From Sphingosinicella sp. (GTDB lineage Bacteria > Pseudomonadota > Alphaproteobacteria > Sphingomonadales > Sphingomonadaceae): a DNA stretch of 64,000 nucleotides. Within the stretch, counting starts at the first letter, position 1. The number at the start of each line of letters is the position of its first letter. Both the position numbers and the translations under genes were made by a program. The notes beneath the pieces are model-generated. The model did no database searches. It saw only the letters and a list, made by a program, of their open reading frames with translations, and was not told the origin of the DNA. Below are positions 1 through 9,265 of the stretch, piece after piece. Where the stretch lies: positions 33,639 through 97,638 of the forward strand of contig NZ_JACESP010000014.1 of the NCBI RefSeq assembly GCF_013911755.1. The letters are read 5' to 3'.

Positions 1-1731
1 GACGATACAATAAGAACGGCCGTTGCGCTGGCGGAGCGGGATTCCCCCGACGCCCGCGCGGCTGCCTTTCGTCAGCTCATCGACCTGTCGCTCCAGCGCC
101 GGGATTGCGCGGACGCGCGGCTGCGGCGGCGTGCGCTGCGGGCACTGTCGCGGCTGAGCCGGGATGTGCCCGAATCGCTGAGGAATGCGATGATCGACAA
201 GGCGGCGCGCGCGGGTGCGCGGAGCCTGCATCTGCGTCTGTTCCGGGGCCATGTTTCGCACCACTACGACAGGATGCTGCAGGTCGCGCGCCTCGACGAG
301 CCCGAATGGTGGCGCCTGGCAAGGCGCGCTCCCAAACATCTCCATGCGGGGATGCTCTCGCGCCGCGATCTGCCGGGGCCAGTGCGAGAACTGCTCTCGG
401 GGCGCGCGGGCGCTGCCGCCGGGGGCGGGGCTGCACGGCTGTTCGTCCCCGATGCCGCGATTGCCGCGACGCCCGCCGCCGTGGTCGACAAGGCCCGCTT
501 CGCGCCCGCGATGCCGCCCGCAGTGCTCGATGAACCGGCCGCCCCGGCGCTCGAATCGGGGCGCAGCCAGATAAAGGAGCTGCTGGACCGTATCTCGGCT
601 TTCCGTTCGCGCGGGCATGGGCCTGAAGCGGGCAAGACCGCGGAAGACACTGCCCCGGAACCGCGCGAAAGCCCGGTCGAGGAACTGGAACGCCGCTGGA
701 CATGGCGCTGCGACGAGCAGGGCATTCTAATCGAAAGCCCGGCGACCCCGCCGCAGCTTGTCGGCCACTGGCTTGTCGAGTTCGACACGCCGGACGGCAG
801 CGGGCAGGTGCGCCGCGCGGCGGAGCGGCGCGTGCCGTTCCGTGACGTGATCGTGACCTGCCAGCCGGAGCTTGGGCTTCCGGGGCGCTGGCGCATGTCC
901 GGCCTGCCGCAGTTCGACCGCAAGACCGGGCGTTTTACGGGCTATTGGGGAAGCGCGATCGCGCTCGATCCGCCCGAGCGCATTGCCGCGGCGGCGTCGC
1001 AGGCGGCGGGCCTCTTCGGCACCGGCGCCTCGAGCGAAGCGTTCGCGACGATGGCGCACGAGGTGCGCACGCCGCTCAACGCCATCATCGGCTTCGCGCA
1101 GCTGATCGAAGGGGAAATCCTGGGCGAAGCGGGAGTCGAATACCGATCGCAGGCGGGCAATATCCTGAAGCAGGCCGAAAAGCTGCTGAGCGCGTTCGAC
1201 GACCTCTCGGATGCCGCGCGCATCGAGCAGGGGCGTTACCGGCCCGGACTCGGCACGTTCGACGCGGGCGCGAAGGCCCGTGAAGTGGTTACGCGTTACG
1301 AAGGGCTCGCCGCCGACCGCCGCGTGGCGCTGGTGCCGTTCATTGCCGACAATATCCCCGCCGTGGCTTCGGATTCCTCGGTCTTTGAGCGCGCGCTGGC
1401 GCGGCTGCTCACCGCGGCGGTTGCCTCTGCGGCAACGGACGAAGCGGTGTTGGTGATCGTGCAGGCCGAGGGTAGCGCCCTTCGCGTCGCGGTGACCCGG
1501 CCGCGTGCCACGCTTGGCAAGAGCGAGGATGAACTGTTCGATCCTGCGGGCATCCCTCGCGGTGAGGATGCGGCGCCCATTCTGGGTGTCGGCTTCGGGC
1601 TCAAGCTGGTCGGCAGCCTTGCCGCGACCGTGGGTGGTACGTTCCGGCTCGCGCCGCACGTTTTCGAGCTTTCCATCCCGCTCGGGCAGCCGCCGCAGCG
1701 CCAGGATGAAGACGCAAGCGAGGCCTCGTAA
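1..1731 (+). CDS. sensor histidine kinase-like protein, 5' end open at the window edge, with a degenerate-looking ATP-binding domain
   Basis: Frame 1 is open from nt 1 with GC3-rich codons; the first canonical start is GTG 166. The H-box MAHEVRTPLNAIIGFAQLI indicates a HisKA domain. The C-terminal part keeps only a G2-like GVGFGLKLV; an N-box Asn and a DxGxG G1 box are not visible. Confidence 0.75.
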   Translation, partial: DDTIRTAVALAERDSPDARAAAFRQLIDLSLQRRDCADARLRRRALRALSRLSRDVPESLRNAMIDKAARAGARSLHLRLFRGHVSHHYDRMLQVARLDEPEWWRLARRAPKHLHAGMLSRRDLPGPVRELLSGRAGAAAGGGAARLFVPDAAIAATPAAVVDKARFAPAMPPAVLDEPAAPALESGRSQIKELLDRISAFRSRGHGPEAGKTAEDTAPEPRESPVEELERRWTWRCDEQGILIESPATPPQLVGHWLVEFDTPDGSGQVRRAAERRVPFRDVIVTCQPELGLPGRWRMSGLPQFDRKTGRFTGYWGSAIALDPPERIAAAASQAAGLFGTGASSEAFATMAHEVRTPLNAIIGFAQLIEGEILGEAGVEYRSQAGNILKQAEKLLSAFDDLSDAARIEQGRYRPGLGTFDAGAKAREVVTRYEGLAADRRVALVPFIADNIPAVASDSSVFERALARLLTAAVASAATDEAVLVIVQAEGSALRVAVTRPRATLGKSEDELFDPAGIPRGEDAAPILGVGFGLKLVGSLAATVGGTFRLAPHVFELSIPLGQPPQRQDEDASEAS

Positions 1732-1787
1732 TTCGCGCATCCAGAGACTACATCTCCTGTCCGACTTTTCGGCAGCAGGGATGAGGT

Positions 1788-2756
1788 GTGATGGGCGAGA
1801 CGAAGCAGGTTCGCGTTGCGGTGATCGGTTCGGGTCCGGCCGGATATACAGCCGGCGTTTATGCGGCGCGCGCGGCGCTCAATCCCGTCATCATCCGGGG
1901 CCTGCAGCCGGGCGGACAGCTTACCATCACCACCGATGTCGAGAACTGGCCGGGCGAATCGGTGATCATGGGCCCCGACCTCATGGAGAAAATGGCGGCG
2001 CAGGCGAAGCACGTGGGCGCCGAGATCGTCGATGACATCGTTACCGACGTGGACTTTTCGCGCCGGCCGTTCCGCCTGACGCTCGATTCGGGGACCACCT
2101 ACCTTGCCGAGACGGTCGTGATCGCGACCGGCGCACAGGCGCGCTGGCTTGGACTTGAAAGCGAGGGCCGCTTTCGCGGCTTCGGCGTTTCGGCTTGCGC
2201 GACCTGCGACGGGTTCTTCTATCGCGGCAAGACCGTCGCGGTGGTCGGCGGCGGCAACACCGCCGTGGAGGAAGCGCTGTTCCTCACCAACTTCGCGCAA
2301 AAGGTTTATCTCATCCACCGCCGCGACGAACTGCGCGCGGACAAGACGAACCAGGCCCGCCTGCTCGCCAATCCGAAGGTCGAGGCGGTGTGGAACGCAG
2401 AGGTTGCCGAGGTGATCGGCGCCAGTGATCCGCTGGGCGTTACCGGCATCAAGCTGCGCGGTACGAACGGTGCGGCCGACCGTGCGCTCGATGTCGACGG
2501 CCTGTTCATCGCGATCGGCCACGATCCGGCGACGGCGCTGTTCAAAGGCAAGCTGAACATGGACGGGGAGGGCTATATCCTTACCGCGCCCGACAGCACG
2601 GCGACGTCCGTGCCCGGCGTGTTCGCGGCAGGCGACGTGAAGGACAAGGTGTTCCGCCAGGCCGTGACGGCAGCGGGCATGGGCTGCATGGCGGCGCTTG
2701 AGGCCGAGCGCTTCCTCGCGCACCACGAAGCCGGGCTCGCGGAAGCGGCCGAGTAG
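1788..2756 (+). CDS. trxB: thioredoxin-disulfide reductase
   Basis: 322-aa ORF with FAD fold VAVIGSGPAGYTAGVYAARA, redox-active CATCDG and NADPH site VVGGGNTAVEEA. Start is GTG 1788 or ATG 1791. Confidence 0.95.
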   Translation: MMGETKQVRVAVIGSGPAGYTAGVYAARAALNPVIIRGLQPGGQLTITTDVENWPGESVIMGPDLMEKMAAQAKHVGAEIVDDIVTDVDFSRRPFRLTLDSGTTYLAETVVIATGAQARWLGLESEGRFRGFGVSACATCDGFFYRGKTVAVVGGGNTAVEEALFLTNFAQKVYLIHRRDELRADKTNQARLLANPKVEAVWNAEVAEVIGASDPLGVTGIKLRGTNGAADRALDVDGLFIAIGHDPATALFKGKLNMDGEGYILTAPDSTATSVPGVFAAGDVKDKVFRQAVTAAGMGCMAALEAERFLAHHEAGLAEAAE

Positions 2757-2758
2757 CC

Positions 2759-3679
2759 GTGCTCGACTGGGAAAAGCTCAGGCTTTTTCACACGGTATCG
2801 GAAGCGGGCAGCTTTACCGAGGCCTCGCGCCGGCTGGGCATGAGCCAGCCGGCGCTCTCGCGTCAGATCGCGTCGCTCGAAGAGACGCTCGGCGCCAAGC
2901 TGTTCCACCGCCATGCGCGCGGCCTGGCGATGACGCACGAGGGCGAGCAACTTGCCGCGACGACAACCGAGATGTTCGAGCGGGTCGAGCGGACGCGGCA
3001 GGCGATCGACCTTTCGAAAGACCGGCCGACCGGCGAAATCAGGCTCACGACGACGATGTCGTTCGGATCGACCTGGCTGCCGACCATGCTTCCCGAGTTT
3101 CTGGAGCGTTACCCGGACATCCAGATCAACATGGTGCTCACGGACGACGATCTCGACCTTCAGAAGCGCGAGGCGGACGTCGCCATCCGCTTTCATCCTT
3201 CGACGCAGAACGATCTCGTCCAGCGACAGCTTGCAGCGATCCGCTACCGTCTGTGCGGTTCTCCCGAGTATTTCGCGCGCCATGGCGTGCCGCAGACGAT
3301 CGCCGATCTCGACCATCATCGCATTATCGCCTTCGGCGAAACGGCGCCTTCGACGATTCGCGGGGTCAACTGGATTCAGGATGTCGGCCATCAGGGGCCG
3401 CCGCGCCGTCCCGTGCTCGTCGTCAACAGTGTGTTTGGCATTTTGCAGGCGGTCGAAGCGGGTGTGGGCATTGCAGCATTGCCGAGCTATTTGATCCGCG
3501 CGTCCGGGCGCGTGAAGGTGATCCTGCCGGACGTACAGGGCCCTGTGTTCCGCACCTATTTCGTCTACGTGCCTGAACTTAGAAATGCGATACGAATCAA
3601 AATCTTGCGTGATTTTCTCATCGAGAAAATGACCCCCGCGACGCTCGACATCGACGAGAGTTATGCGCTGGACGCATAG
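2759..3679 (+). CDS. LysR-family transcriptional regulator
   Basis: N-terminal wHTH FTEASRRLGMSQPALSRQIASLEETLG and a typical 306-aa LysR length. It starts 3 nt after the trxB stop. Confidence 0.9.
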   Translation: MLDWEKLRLFHTVSEAGSFTEASRRLGMSQPALSRQIASLEETLGAKLFHRHARGLAMTHEGEQLAATTTEMFERVERTRQAIDLSKDRPTGEIRLTTTMSFGSTWLPTMLPEFLERYPDIQINMVLTDDDLDLQKREADVAIRFHPSTQNDLVQRQLAAIRYRLCGSPEYFARHGVPQTIADLDHHRIIAFGETAPSTIRGVNWIQDVGHQGPPRRPVLVVNSVFGILQAVEAGVGIAALPSYLIRASGRVKVILPDVQGPVFRTYFVYVPELRNAIRIKILRDFLIEKMTPATLDIDESYALDA

Positions 3680-3764
3680 CTGCATTGTGATTTGCGGCAG
3701 TGCACAATAGGCCGGGGTTCCCGTACATCACTCCCAACGCAGCAACACACCGCTGCAACGGAAA

Positions 3765-3880
3765 TCGAAGGCCCGCTCCCCTCCCTCCCCGCGGGCCTCG
3801 GTAGACGGGTCCCCGGCTTCACCTCCCTCCCTCCCAAGAAGCCGGGGACCTAACCCGTTTCAGGGCCTCCCTTTTCTGCA
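3765..3880 (+). ncRNA. candidate sRNA with C/U-rich anti-SD loops (cuckoo / alpha-r14-like); strand and ends are uncertain
   Basis: Hairpin 1 has stem GGCCCGC/GCGGGCC (3770-3776/3791-3797) and loop UCCCCUCCCUCCCC. Hairpin 2 has an 11-bp stem (3809-3819/3839-3849) and loop CACCUCCCUCCCUCCCAAG. A third CCUCCC at 3866-3871 is followed by UUUU. Confidence 0.35.
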
Positions 3881-3921
3881 GCTTTACTTGCCGGAAACGT
3901 CCGAACGCTTATTGTCGCGAC

Positions 3922-4953
3922 ATGCTGGCCCCCCTCGAAAAACAATACATCTCGTTCGGCCCCGAATTCGGCCAGCGCGTGCTCGTTTTCGTTGATACCG
4001 AAGAGGAGTTCGACTGGACGCAGCCGAAGAGTCGCGATTCGACATCGGTGAAATCGGTGAAGTCGCTGCCCAAGGTGCACAGCCTGATGCGCGGCTTCGA
4101 CATCAAGCCTGCGTACATGGTCGACTATCCTGTGGCGACGACCCCCGAGAGCGTCGAGGTGTTGCGCGCGCTCTCGGAAAATGACGGCGCCACAATCGGC
4201 ACGCAGCTGCATCCGTGGGTGAACCCGCCGTTCCTCGAACGCGTCGGCGGCCCGAACAGCTTCCCCGGCAACCTGCCGCGCGAGGTGGAGCGCGCCAAGA
4301 TCAAGGCGCTGACCGAGGCCATCGACGAAAATTTCGGCGCGGCGCCGATCGTCTACAGGGCAGGGCGCTATGGCGTGGGGCCGAACACGGAGGCGTTGCT
4401 CGACGAACTCGGCTACCGGATGGACGTGTCGGTTCGGCCCTATTTCGACTACAGTGACGAAGGCGGCCCCAGTTTCCGCAACATCCGCCCGCAGCTTTAC
4501 TGGACCGGGCCGGAACGCAGGCTCCTCGAACTTCCGCTGACGTCCACCTTCACCGGCGGTTTGCGCGTGTTCGGTGAGCGAGCTTTTGAACTGGCAACGC
4601 GCGTGCCGCGCCTGAACGGTCTCCTCTCGCGCACCTCGCTACTCGGCCGCGTGGCGCTGACGCCAGAAGGCATACCGCTCGATGAGGCAATCCAAGCGAT
4701 CGAGCTGCTCGTCGAGGCGGGAACGCAGATCTTCTCCATCTCCTTCCATTCGCCTTCGGTGGAGCCGGGCCACACGCCCTATGTGCGCGACGCCCGCGAC
4801 CTCGCCGATTTCTATGCCTGGTGGGACGGCGTGCTGACGACGCTGACGCGCGCGGGGGTGAAGCCCGCCAGCGTCGAGGAGGTCGTCGCGGCGGCCCATG
4901 CCCAACGCGACGGAAAGCCCGCCGCTCTTGCGGAGCAGCCCGCGAGCGTCTAA
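3922..4953 (+). CDS. polysaccharide deacetylase-like (WalW-type) protein
   Basis: 343-aa GC3-rich ORF. The family assignment is from memory of WalW-like proteins (VFVDTEEEFDW, LHPWVNPP). No clear SD precedes ATG 3922. Confidence 0.6.
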   Translation: MLAPLEKQYISFGPEFGQRVLVFVDTEEEFDWTQPKSRDSTSVKSVKSLPKVHSLMRGFDIKPAYMVDYPVATTPESVEVLRALSENDGATIGTQLHPWVNPPFLERVGGPNSFPGNLPREVERAKIKALTEAIDENFGAAPIVYRAGRYGVGPNTEALLDELGYRMDVSVRPYFDYSDEGGPSFRNIRPQLYWTGPERRLLELPLTSTFTGGLRVFGERAFELATRVPRLNGLLSRTSLLGRVALTPEGIPLDEAIQAIELLVEAGTQIFSISFHSPSVEPGHTPYVRDARDLADFYAWWDGVLTTLTRAGVKPASVEEVVAAAHAQRDGKPAALAEQPASV

Positions 4954-4992
4954 GCGCTGCGGTCGTCCGGCGCGGGGGAAAAGCGGGGCGAC

Positions 4993-5068
4993 GGGCCTGT
5001 AGCTCAATGGTTAGAGCTGGCCGCTCATAACGGCTAGGTTGGGGGTTCGAGTCCCTCCGGGCCCACCA
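4993..5068 (+). tRNA. tRNA with CAT anticodon (Met, or Ile2 if lysidine-modified)
   Basis: Cloverleaf read by eye: acceptor GGGCCTG/CGGGCCC, D arm GCTC..GAGC, anticodon loop CTCATAA, T arm GGGGG-TTCGAGT-CCCTC, encoded CCA. The anticodon arm resembles ileX-type tRNAs. Confidence 0.9.
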
Positions 5069-5152
5069 CGCATTGTCCCATCGGCCGCCCACGACGATTG
5101 AACGGGCCACTGTTTTGCGTAAGTATGACAGTATGAGAATGGCGACTCCGCA

Positions 5153-7276
5153 ATGATTTTCCGCCGCCCGCGCGTCGAGTCGCTCGATCCGGATGATTAC
5201 CGCGCATGGAACGCAGAGTTCGGCGGGCAGGAGACGCTACAGCCGCCTGAAGAACCGAAGCCGCGTTCCCGCTGGCTGCGTTGGCTCCCCAAGATCGCGG
5301 CGGGCCTGCTGCTCGTGTTCTTCGGCATCGTTGCGTGGCTGGCGATCACGGCGCCGCTCGGCAAGGCACTCGAACCGCTGGAAACGCCCGCGCTGGTGCT
5401 GACCGCCGCCGACGGCACGCCGATCGCGCGCCGGGGTAGCTTCAAGGCGGAGCCGGTGGATGTGACGAAACTGCCCGATCACGTTGGGGAGGCCTTCGTC
5501 GCGATCGAGGACCGGCGCTTCTACGATCACATCGGCATCGATATCCGCGGAATCCTGCGCGCCGCGCAGGCGAACGCGGCGGCCGGCCGCGTCGTGCAGG
5601 GCGGCTCCACGATCACGCAGCAGCTCGCCAAGACGAGCTTCCTCAGCCTTGATCGCAGTCTGACGCGCAAGGCGCAGGAGGTGATTATCGCCTTCTGGCT
5701 GGAAGCCTGGCTGACGAAGGAGGAGATCCTCTCGCGCTATCTCTCCAGCGTCTATTTCGGCGACGGGGCTTACGGCCTGCGCGCAGCGTCGGAGCAGTAT
5801 TTCAGCAAGGAACCCGAGCAGCTCACGCTCGGCGAGGCGGCGATGCTCGCGGGTCTCGTGAAGGCGCCGTCGCGGCTTGCGCCGACCAACGACTACGACG
5901 CGGCGCGCGAACGTGGAAAGCTCGTCATCGCCGCGATGAAGGAACAGGGTCTCATCACCGACGCGGAGTGGCGCGGCGCGCGGCGCGCGGCGCTGCGTCC
6001 GGGCCGGAAGGGCCTGCCGACCGGGAGCTACTTCGCAGACTGGGCGTGGGCGGAGGCCGCCAACAGCACGCCCGACACATTCGGCGAGGTGAAGGTCGCG
6101 ACGACGCTCGACAGCCGCCTCCAGAAGCTCGCCGAGCGCGTGGTAAAGCGCAACCTGGACCGTGCGGGCTGGCACGATGTCGGCGAGGCGGCGATCGTCG
6201 CCATGCACCCGGATGGGCGCGTTGTCGCCATGGTCGGCGGCAGAGACTATCAGAAGAGCGAATTCAACCGCGCGGTGCAGGCGAAGCGGCAGCCGGGCTC
6301 CGCGTTCAAACTGTTTGTCTACCTCGCCGCGCTGCGCAGCGGCATGGACGTCGATACCGAGATCGAGGACGAGCCCGTCACCATCGGCGACTGGAGCCCC
6401 AAGAACAACGACGGCAAGTATCGCGGCCCCATCACACTGAAGCGTGCCTTCGCGCTCTCCTCCAACGTCGCGGCGGCGCGGCTGGCGAACGAGGTCGGGG
6501 CAGGGGCGATCCGCAGGGCGGCGCGCGACCTCGGCATCAAGGACGAAATCGGCGACGACCTCACGATCGCGCTTGGCACCTCCACGATGTCGCTGCTCGA
6601 TCTCACGTCGGCTTACGCGGCGGTTGCGGGCGGTACGCCGCCGGTTGTGCCCTATGCGGTCTCGCCGCCGCCGCGTGACGAGGGCGTGATGACACGCCTC
6701 CGCGCGCTTGGCGGGGACAGCTTCCCCGAGCGCGCGGCGCTGCGCGAGATGATGCGCGCGACGATCGACTACGGCACGGGCACACGCGCGAAGCTGCCGG
6801 TCGCGGCCTTCGGCAAGACCGGCACGACGCAGGATTCGCGTGACGCGATCTTCGTGGGCTTCGCGGGCGATCTCGTCGTCGGCGTCTGGGTCGGCAACGA
6901 CAACAATTCGCCGATGAACGGCGTGCTCGGCTCCACGATGCCCGCCGCGATGTGGCACGAGTTCATGATGGAGGCGCTGCCGGAAGTCCGCCAGATATCC
7001 GAGCGGCAGGCCGAGGAACGGCGCGCGCGCGAAGAGGCGGACGCCGCCGCGCAGGTCGATCTCTCGGTCCTGCTCGGGCCGGACGCGGAGGCCGTGATGC
7101 GCGGCGAACGGATCGACGTCGCGCGGGCGGCGGCGCTGCTCGGCCAGCTCGGCAATGTGATCGCCAACACACCCGAGGACGCGGAGGGTATTCGTGCCGC
7201 CGCGCGCGCGCTTTCGGATCGGATCAACAAGGCGATTACGGAAGACGCGCCCGAAGAACCGCCGCCAGCGCCCTAG
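5153..7276 (+). CDS. class A penicillin-binding protein (transglycosylase/transpeptidase, PBP1A family)
   Basis: N-terminal TM anchor. GT51 motifs EDRRFYDHIGID and GGSTITQQLAK. Transpeptidase motifs SAFK (SxxK), SSN (SxN) and KTGT. Confidence 0.92.
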   Translation: MIFRRPRVESLDPDDYRAWNAEFGGQETLQPPEEPKPRSRWLRWLPKIAAGLLLVFFGIVAWLAITAPLGKALEPLETPALVLTAADGTPIARRGSFKAEPVDVTKLPDHVGEAFVAIEDRRFYDHIGIDIRGILRAAQANAAAGRVVQGGSTITQQLAKTSFLSLDRSLTRKAQEVIIAFWLEAWLTKEEILSRYLSSVYFGDGAYGLRAASEQYFSKEPEQLTLGEAAMLAGLVKAPSRLAPTNDYDAARERGKLVIAAMKEQGLITDAEWRGARRAALRPGRKGLPTGSYFADWAWAEAANSTPDTFGEVKVATTLDSRLQKLAERVVKRNLDRAGWHDVGEAAIVAMHPDGRVVAMVGGRDYQKSEFNRAVQAKRQPGSAFKLFVYLAALRSGMDVDTEIEDEPVTIGDWSPKNNDGKYRGPITLKRAFALSSNVAAARLANEVGAGAIRRAARDLGIKDEIGDDLTIALGTSTMSLLDLTSAYAAVAGGTPPVVPYAVSPPPRDEGVMTRLRALGGDSFPERAALREMMRATIDYGTGTRAKLPVAAFGKTGTTQDSRDAIFVGFAGDLVVGVWVGNDNNSPMNGVLGSTMPAAMWHEFMMEALPEVRQISERQAEERRAREEADAAAQVDLSVLLGPDAEAVMRGERIDVARAAALLGQLGNVIANTPEDAEGIRAAARALSDRINKAITEDAPEEPPPAP

Positions 7277-7285
7277 TTTCGGCGC

Positions 7286-7726
7286 CTAGTTCCAGCGATC
7301 GCGCGCGGTGTCGTCTTCGGCCCTGGCCTCGACCCAGCGGCTTTCGCCACCGGTTTCTTCCTTCTTCCAGAACGGCGCGCCCGTCTTCAGATAGTCCATG
7401 ATGAACGCGCAGGCGTCGAAGGCGTCGCCGCGGTGCGCGGCGGCGATGGCGACGAGCACGATGGGGTCGCCCGGAAGCAGCCTGCCGTGCCGATGAATGA
7501 CTGTTCCGCCTAGCAGCGGCCATCGGCGGCGGGCTTCGCCAGCAATCGCTTCGAGCGCCTTCGTCGTCATCGCCGGATAGTGCTCCAGCGTCATCGCCTC
7601 GATCTCGCCGCCGCGCACGAGGCCGACGAAGCTCGCGATTGCGCCGATATCGGTGCGGCCGTCCGAAAGCGCGCGCGTTTCCGCCGCCAGATCGAATGCT
7701 TCGGTCTGGACGCGGACGGTGATCAT
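7286..7726 (-). CDS. moaE: molybdopterin synthase catalytic subunit
   Basis: 146-aa ORF downstream of moaD with a 4-nt overlap. MoaE-like sequence (HYPAMTTKALEAIAGEA, HRGDAFDACAFIMDYLK). Confidence 0.88.
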   Translation of the reverse strand: MITVRVQTEAFDLAAETRALSDGRTDIGAIASFVGLVRGGEIEAMTLEHYPAMTTKALEAIAGEARRRWPLLGGTVIHRHGRLLPGDPIVLVAIAAAHRGDAFDACAFIMDYLKTGAPFWKKEETGGESRWVEARAEDDTARDRWN

Positions 7727-7974
7727 CCGCCGGTCACGGGCGGAAAGATGGCCAGCTCCGCGCCTTCGCGAAGCACCGCGTCTGCGTCGACAAAATCCTG
7801 GTCGAGAGCGAAGCGCAGGCGGTGCGGTTCGGCGAAAGCGGCGGCATAGCCGTCCCCCAGCGCGGAAAGCGCGGCGAGTGCTTCGCCCACCGTTGCCGCG
7901 GCGAGGTCACGCGTTTCACCGTCGAGGCCGATGCGTTCACGCACCCAGGCGAAATAGAGGAGACTGATCTTCAC
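7723..7974 (-). CDS. moaD: molybdopterin synthase sulfur-carrier subunit
   Basis: 83-aa ubiquitin-like protein ending in the diagnostic C-terminal Gly-Gly (FPPVTGG). Confidence 0.85.
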   Translation of the reverse strand: MKISLLYFAWVRERIGLDGETRDLAAATVGEALAALSALGDGYAAAFAEPHRLRFALDQDFVDADAVLREGAELAIFPPVTGG

Positions 7975-7978
7975 CGGT

Positions 7979-8539
7979 TCACGCCATGTGCTTGAGGCCG
8001 ACCCTCAGATAGTCGTAGCCGGTGACGAGCGTAAGGATCGCGGCGGCCCACAGCGAGGCTACACCCACCTCGTAGGCCGGGAGCCACGTGAACCGGATTT
8101 CGGCCGCGCCCGCGAGGATGAGCGCGCCGAGCGATATCATCTGAAATGCCGTCTTCCACTTGGCGAGCTGGCTGACGGGCACGGAGACCTGAATTCCTGC
8201 GAGATATTCGCGAAGACCGGAAACCGTGATCTCGCGAATGAGGATGATGATCGCGGCAATCACCGTCCAGCCGCGAACGATATCGTTCTCCACAAGCATG
8301 ATGATCGCGCCCGCCACCATGATCTTGTCCGCGATCGGATCGAGAAACACGCCGAGCTTTGAAACCGTGCCCTGCGCGCGGGCGAGATATCCATCCAGAT
8401 AATCGGTCGCCCCCGCGATACAGAAGACAATGAATGCGATAAGATAGCCGAACCAGTTCGCATTCCACATCAGCACGACAAGGAGGGGCACCGCAAGGAT
8501 GCGCGAGAGCGTGAGCAGATTGGGGAGGCTGGACAGCAT
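7979..8539 (-). CDS. pgsA: CDP-diacylglycerol--glycerol-3-phosphate 3-phosphatidyltransferase
   Basis: CDP-alcohol phosphotransferase motif DYLDGYLARAQGTVSKLGVFLDPIADK; multi-TM 186-aa protein. Confidence 0.9.
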   Translation of the reverse strand: MLSSLPNLLTLSRILAVPLLVVLMWNANWFGYLIAFIVFCIAGATDYLDGYLARAQGTVSKLGVFLDPIADKIMVAGAIIMLVENDIVRGWTVIAAIIILIREITVSGLREYLAGIQVSVPVSQLAKWKTAFQMISLGALILAGAAEIRFTWLPAYEVGVASLWAAAILTLVTGYDYLRVGLKHMA

Positions 8540-8560
8540 GGGCAGACGTTAGGCTATCGT

Positions 8561-9265
8561 ATGCGCCTGCTCAACATGGCTTTGGGAATCGAAGTGAACG
8601 TCAGTGAAGCGATTGCAACCCGCCGCTCGGTGCGCGGCTTCCTCGACCGGCCTGTCGATCCCGCATGGCTGCGCGAGATCATCGAAAAGGCAGCACGTGC
8701 ACCGTCGGGCGGCAACCTGCAGCCGTGGCATATATACGCCGTCGGCGGCGACGAACTGACACGGCTGAAGGAGATCATGGCGGCGCGCATCGTCGAAGCG
8801 CCGCGCGGCGAGGAGATGGAGTACGACATCTACCCGAAGGCGCTCGGCGAACCCTACGCCTCGCGCCGCTTTCAGGTCGGCGAGGACATGTATGGCCATA
8901 TCGGGATTCCACGCGAGGACCGCGAAGCGCGGCGGCGCTGGTTCGCCCGCAATTTCATGTTCTTCGGCGCGCCCGTTGCGCTGTTCTGCTACGTGAGCCG
9001 CACGATGGGACCGCCGCAGTGGTCAGATCTGGGAATGTACCTTGAAAACGTGATGCTGCTGCTGCGCGAAGCGGGGCTCGATTCCTGCCCGCAGGAGTGC
9101 TGGGCTATGTATCCCAAAACGATCGGCACGTTCCTCGGCGCGCCCGACGCATGGATGCTGTTCACCGGCATGGCGATCGGCTGGAAAGACCCCGACGATC
9201 CTGCCAACAAGCTCCATGCAAAGCGCGTCCCGCTTGCCGAATTCGCGGAGTTTCGCGGCATATGA
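8561..9265 (+). CDS. nitroreductase-family protein
   Basis: Typical nitroreductase N-terminus (AIATRRSVRGFLDRPV, APSGGNLQPW). Length 234 aa. An alternative start is ATG 8576. Confidence 0.85.
   Translation: MRLLNMALGIEVNVSEAIATRRSVRGFLDRPVDPAWLREIIEKAARAPSGGNLQPWHIYAVGGDELTRLKEIMAARIVEAPRGEEMEYDIYPKALGEPYASRRFQVGEDMYGHIGIPREDREARRRWFARNFMFFGAPVALFCYVSRTMGPPQWSDLGMYLENVMLLLREAGLDSCPQECWAMYPKTIGTFLGAPDAWMLFTGMAIGWKDPDDPANKLHAKRVPLAEFAEFRGI

Noticed and set aside
3777-3835. C-tract runs read as i-motif / G-quadruplex (minus strand) forming DNA
   Set aside because: Each block has only three full C3 tracts, and each sits precisely in the loop of a strong hairpin. An RNA-loop interpretation (anti-SD motifs) explains the arrangement better.
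5237-6958. 573-aa ORF on the minus strand
   Set aside because: It is antisense to the clearly recognisable class A PBP gene. Its Arg/Ala/Pro/Gly-rich composition is typical of shadow ORFs in high-GC DNA, and it has no motifs.
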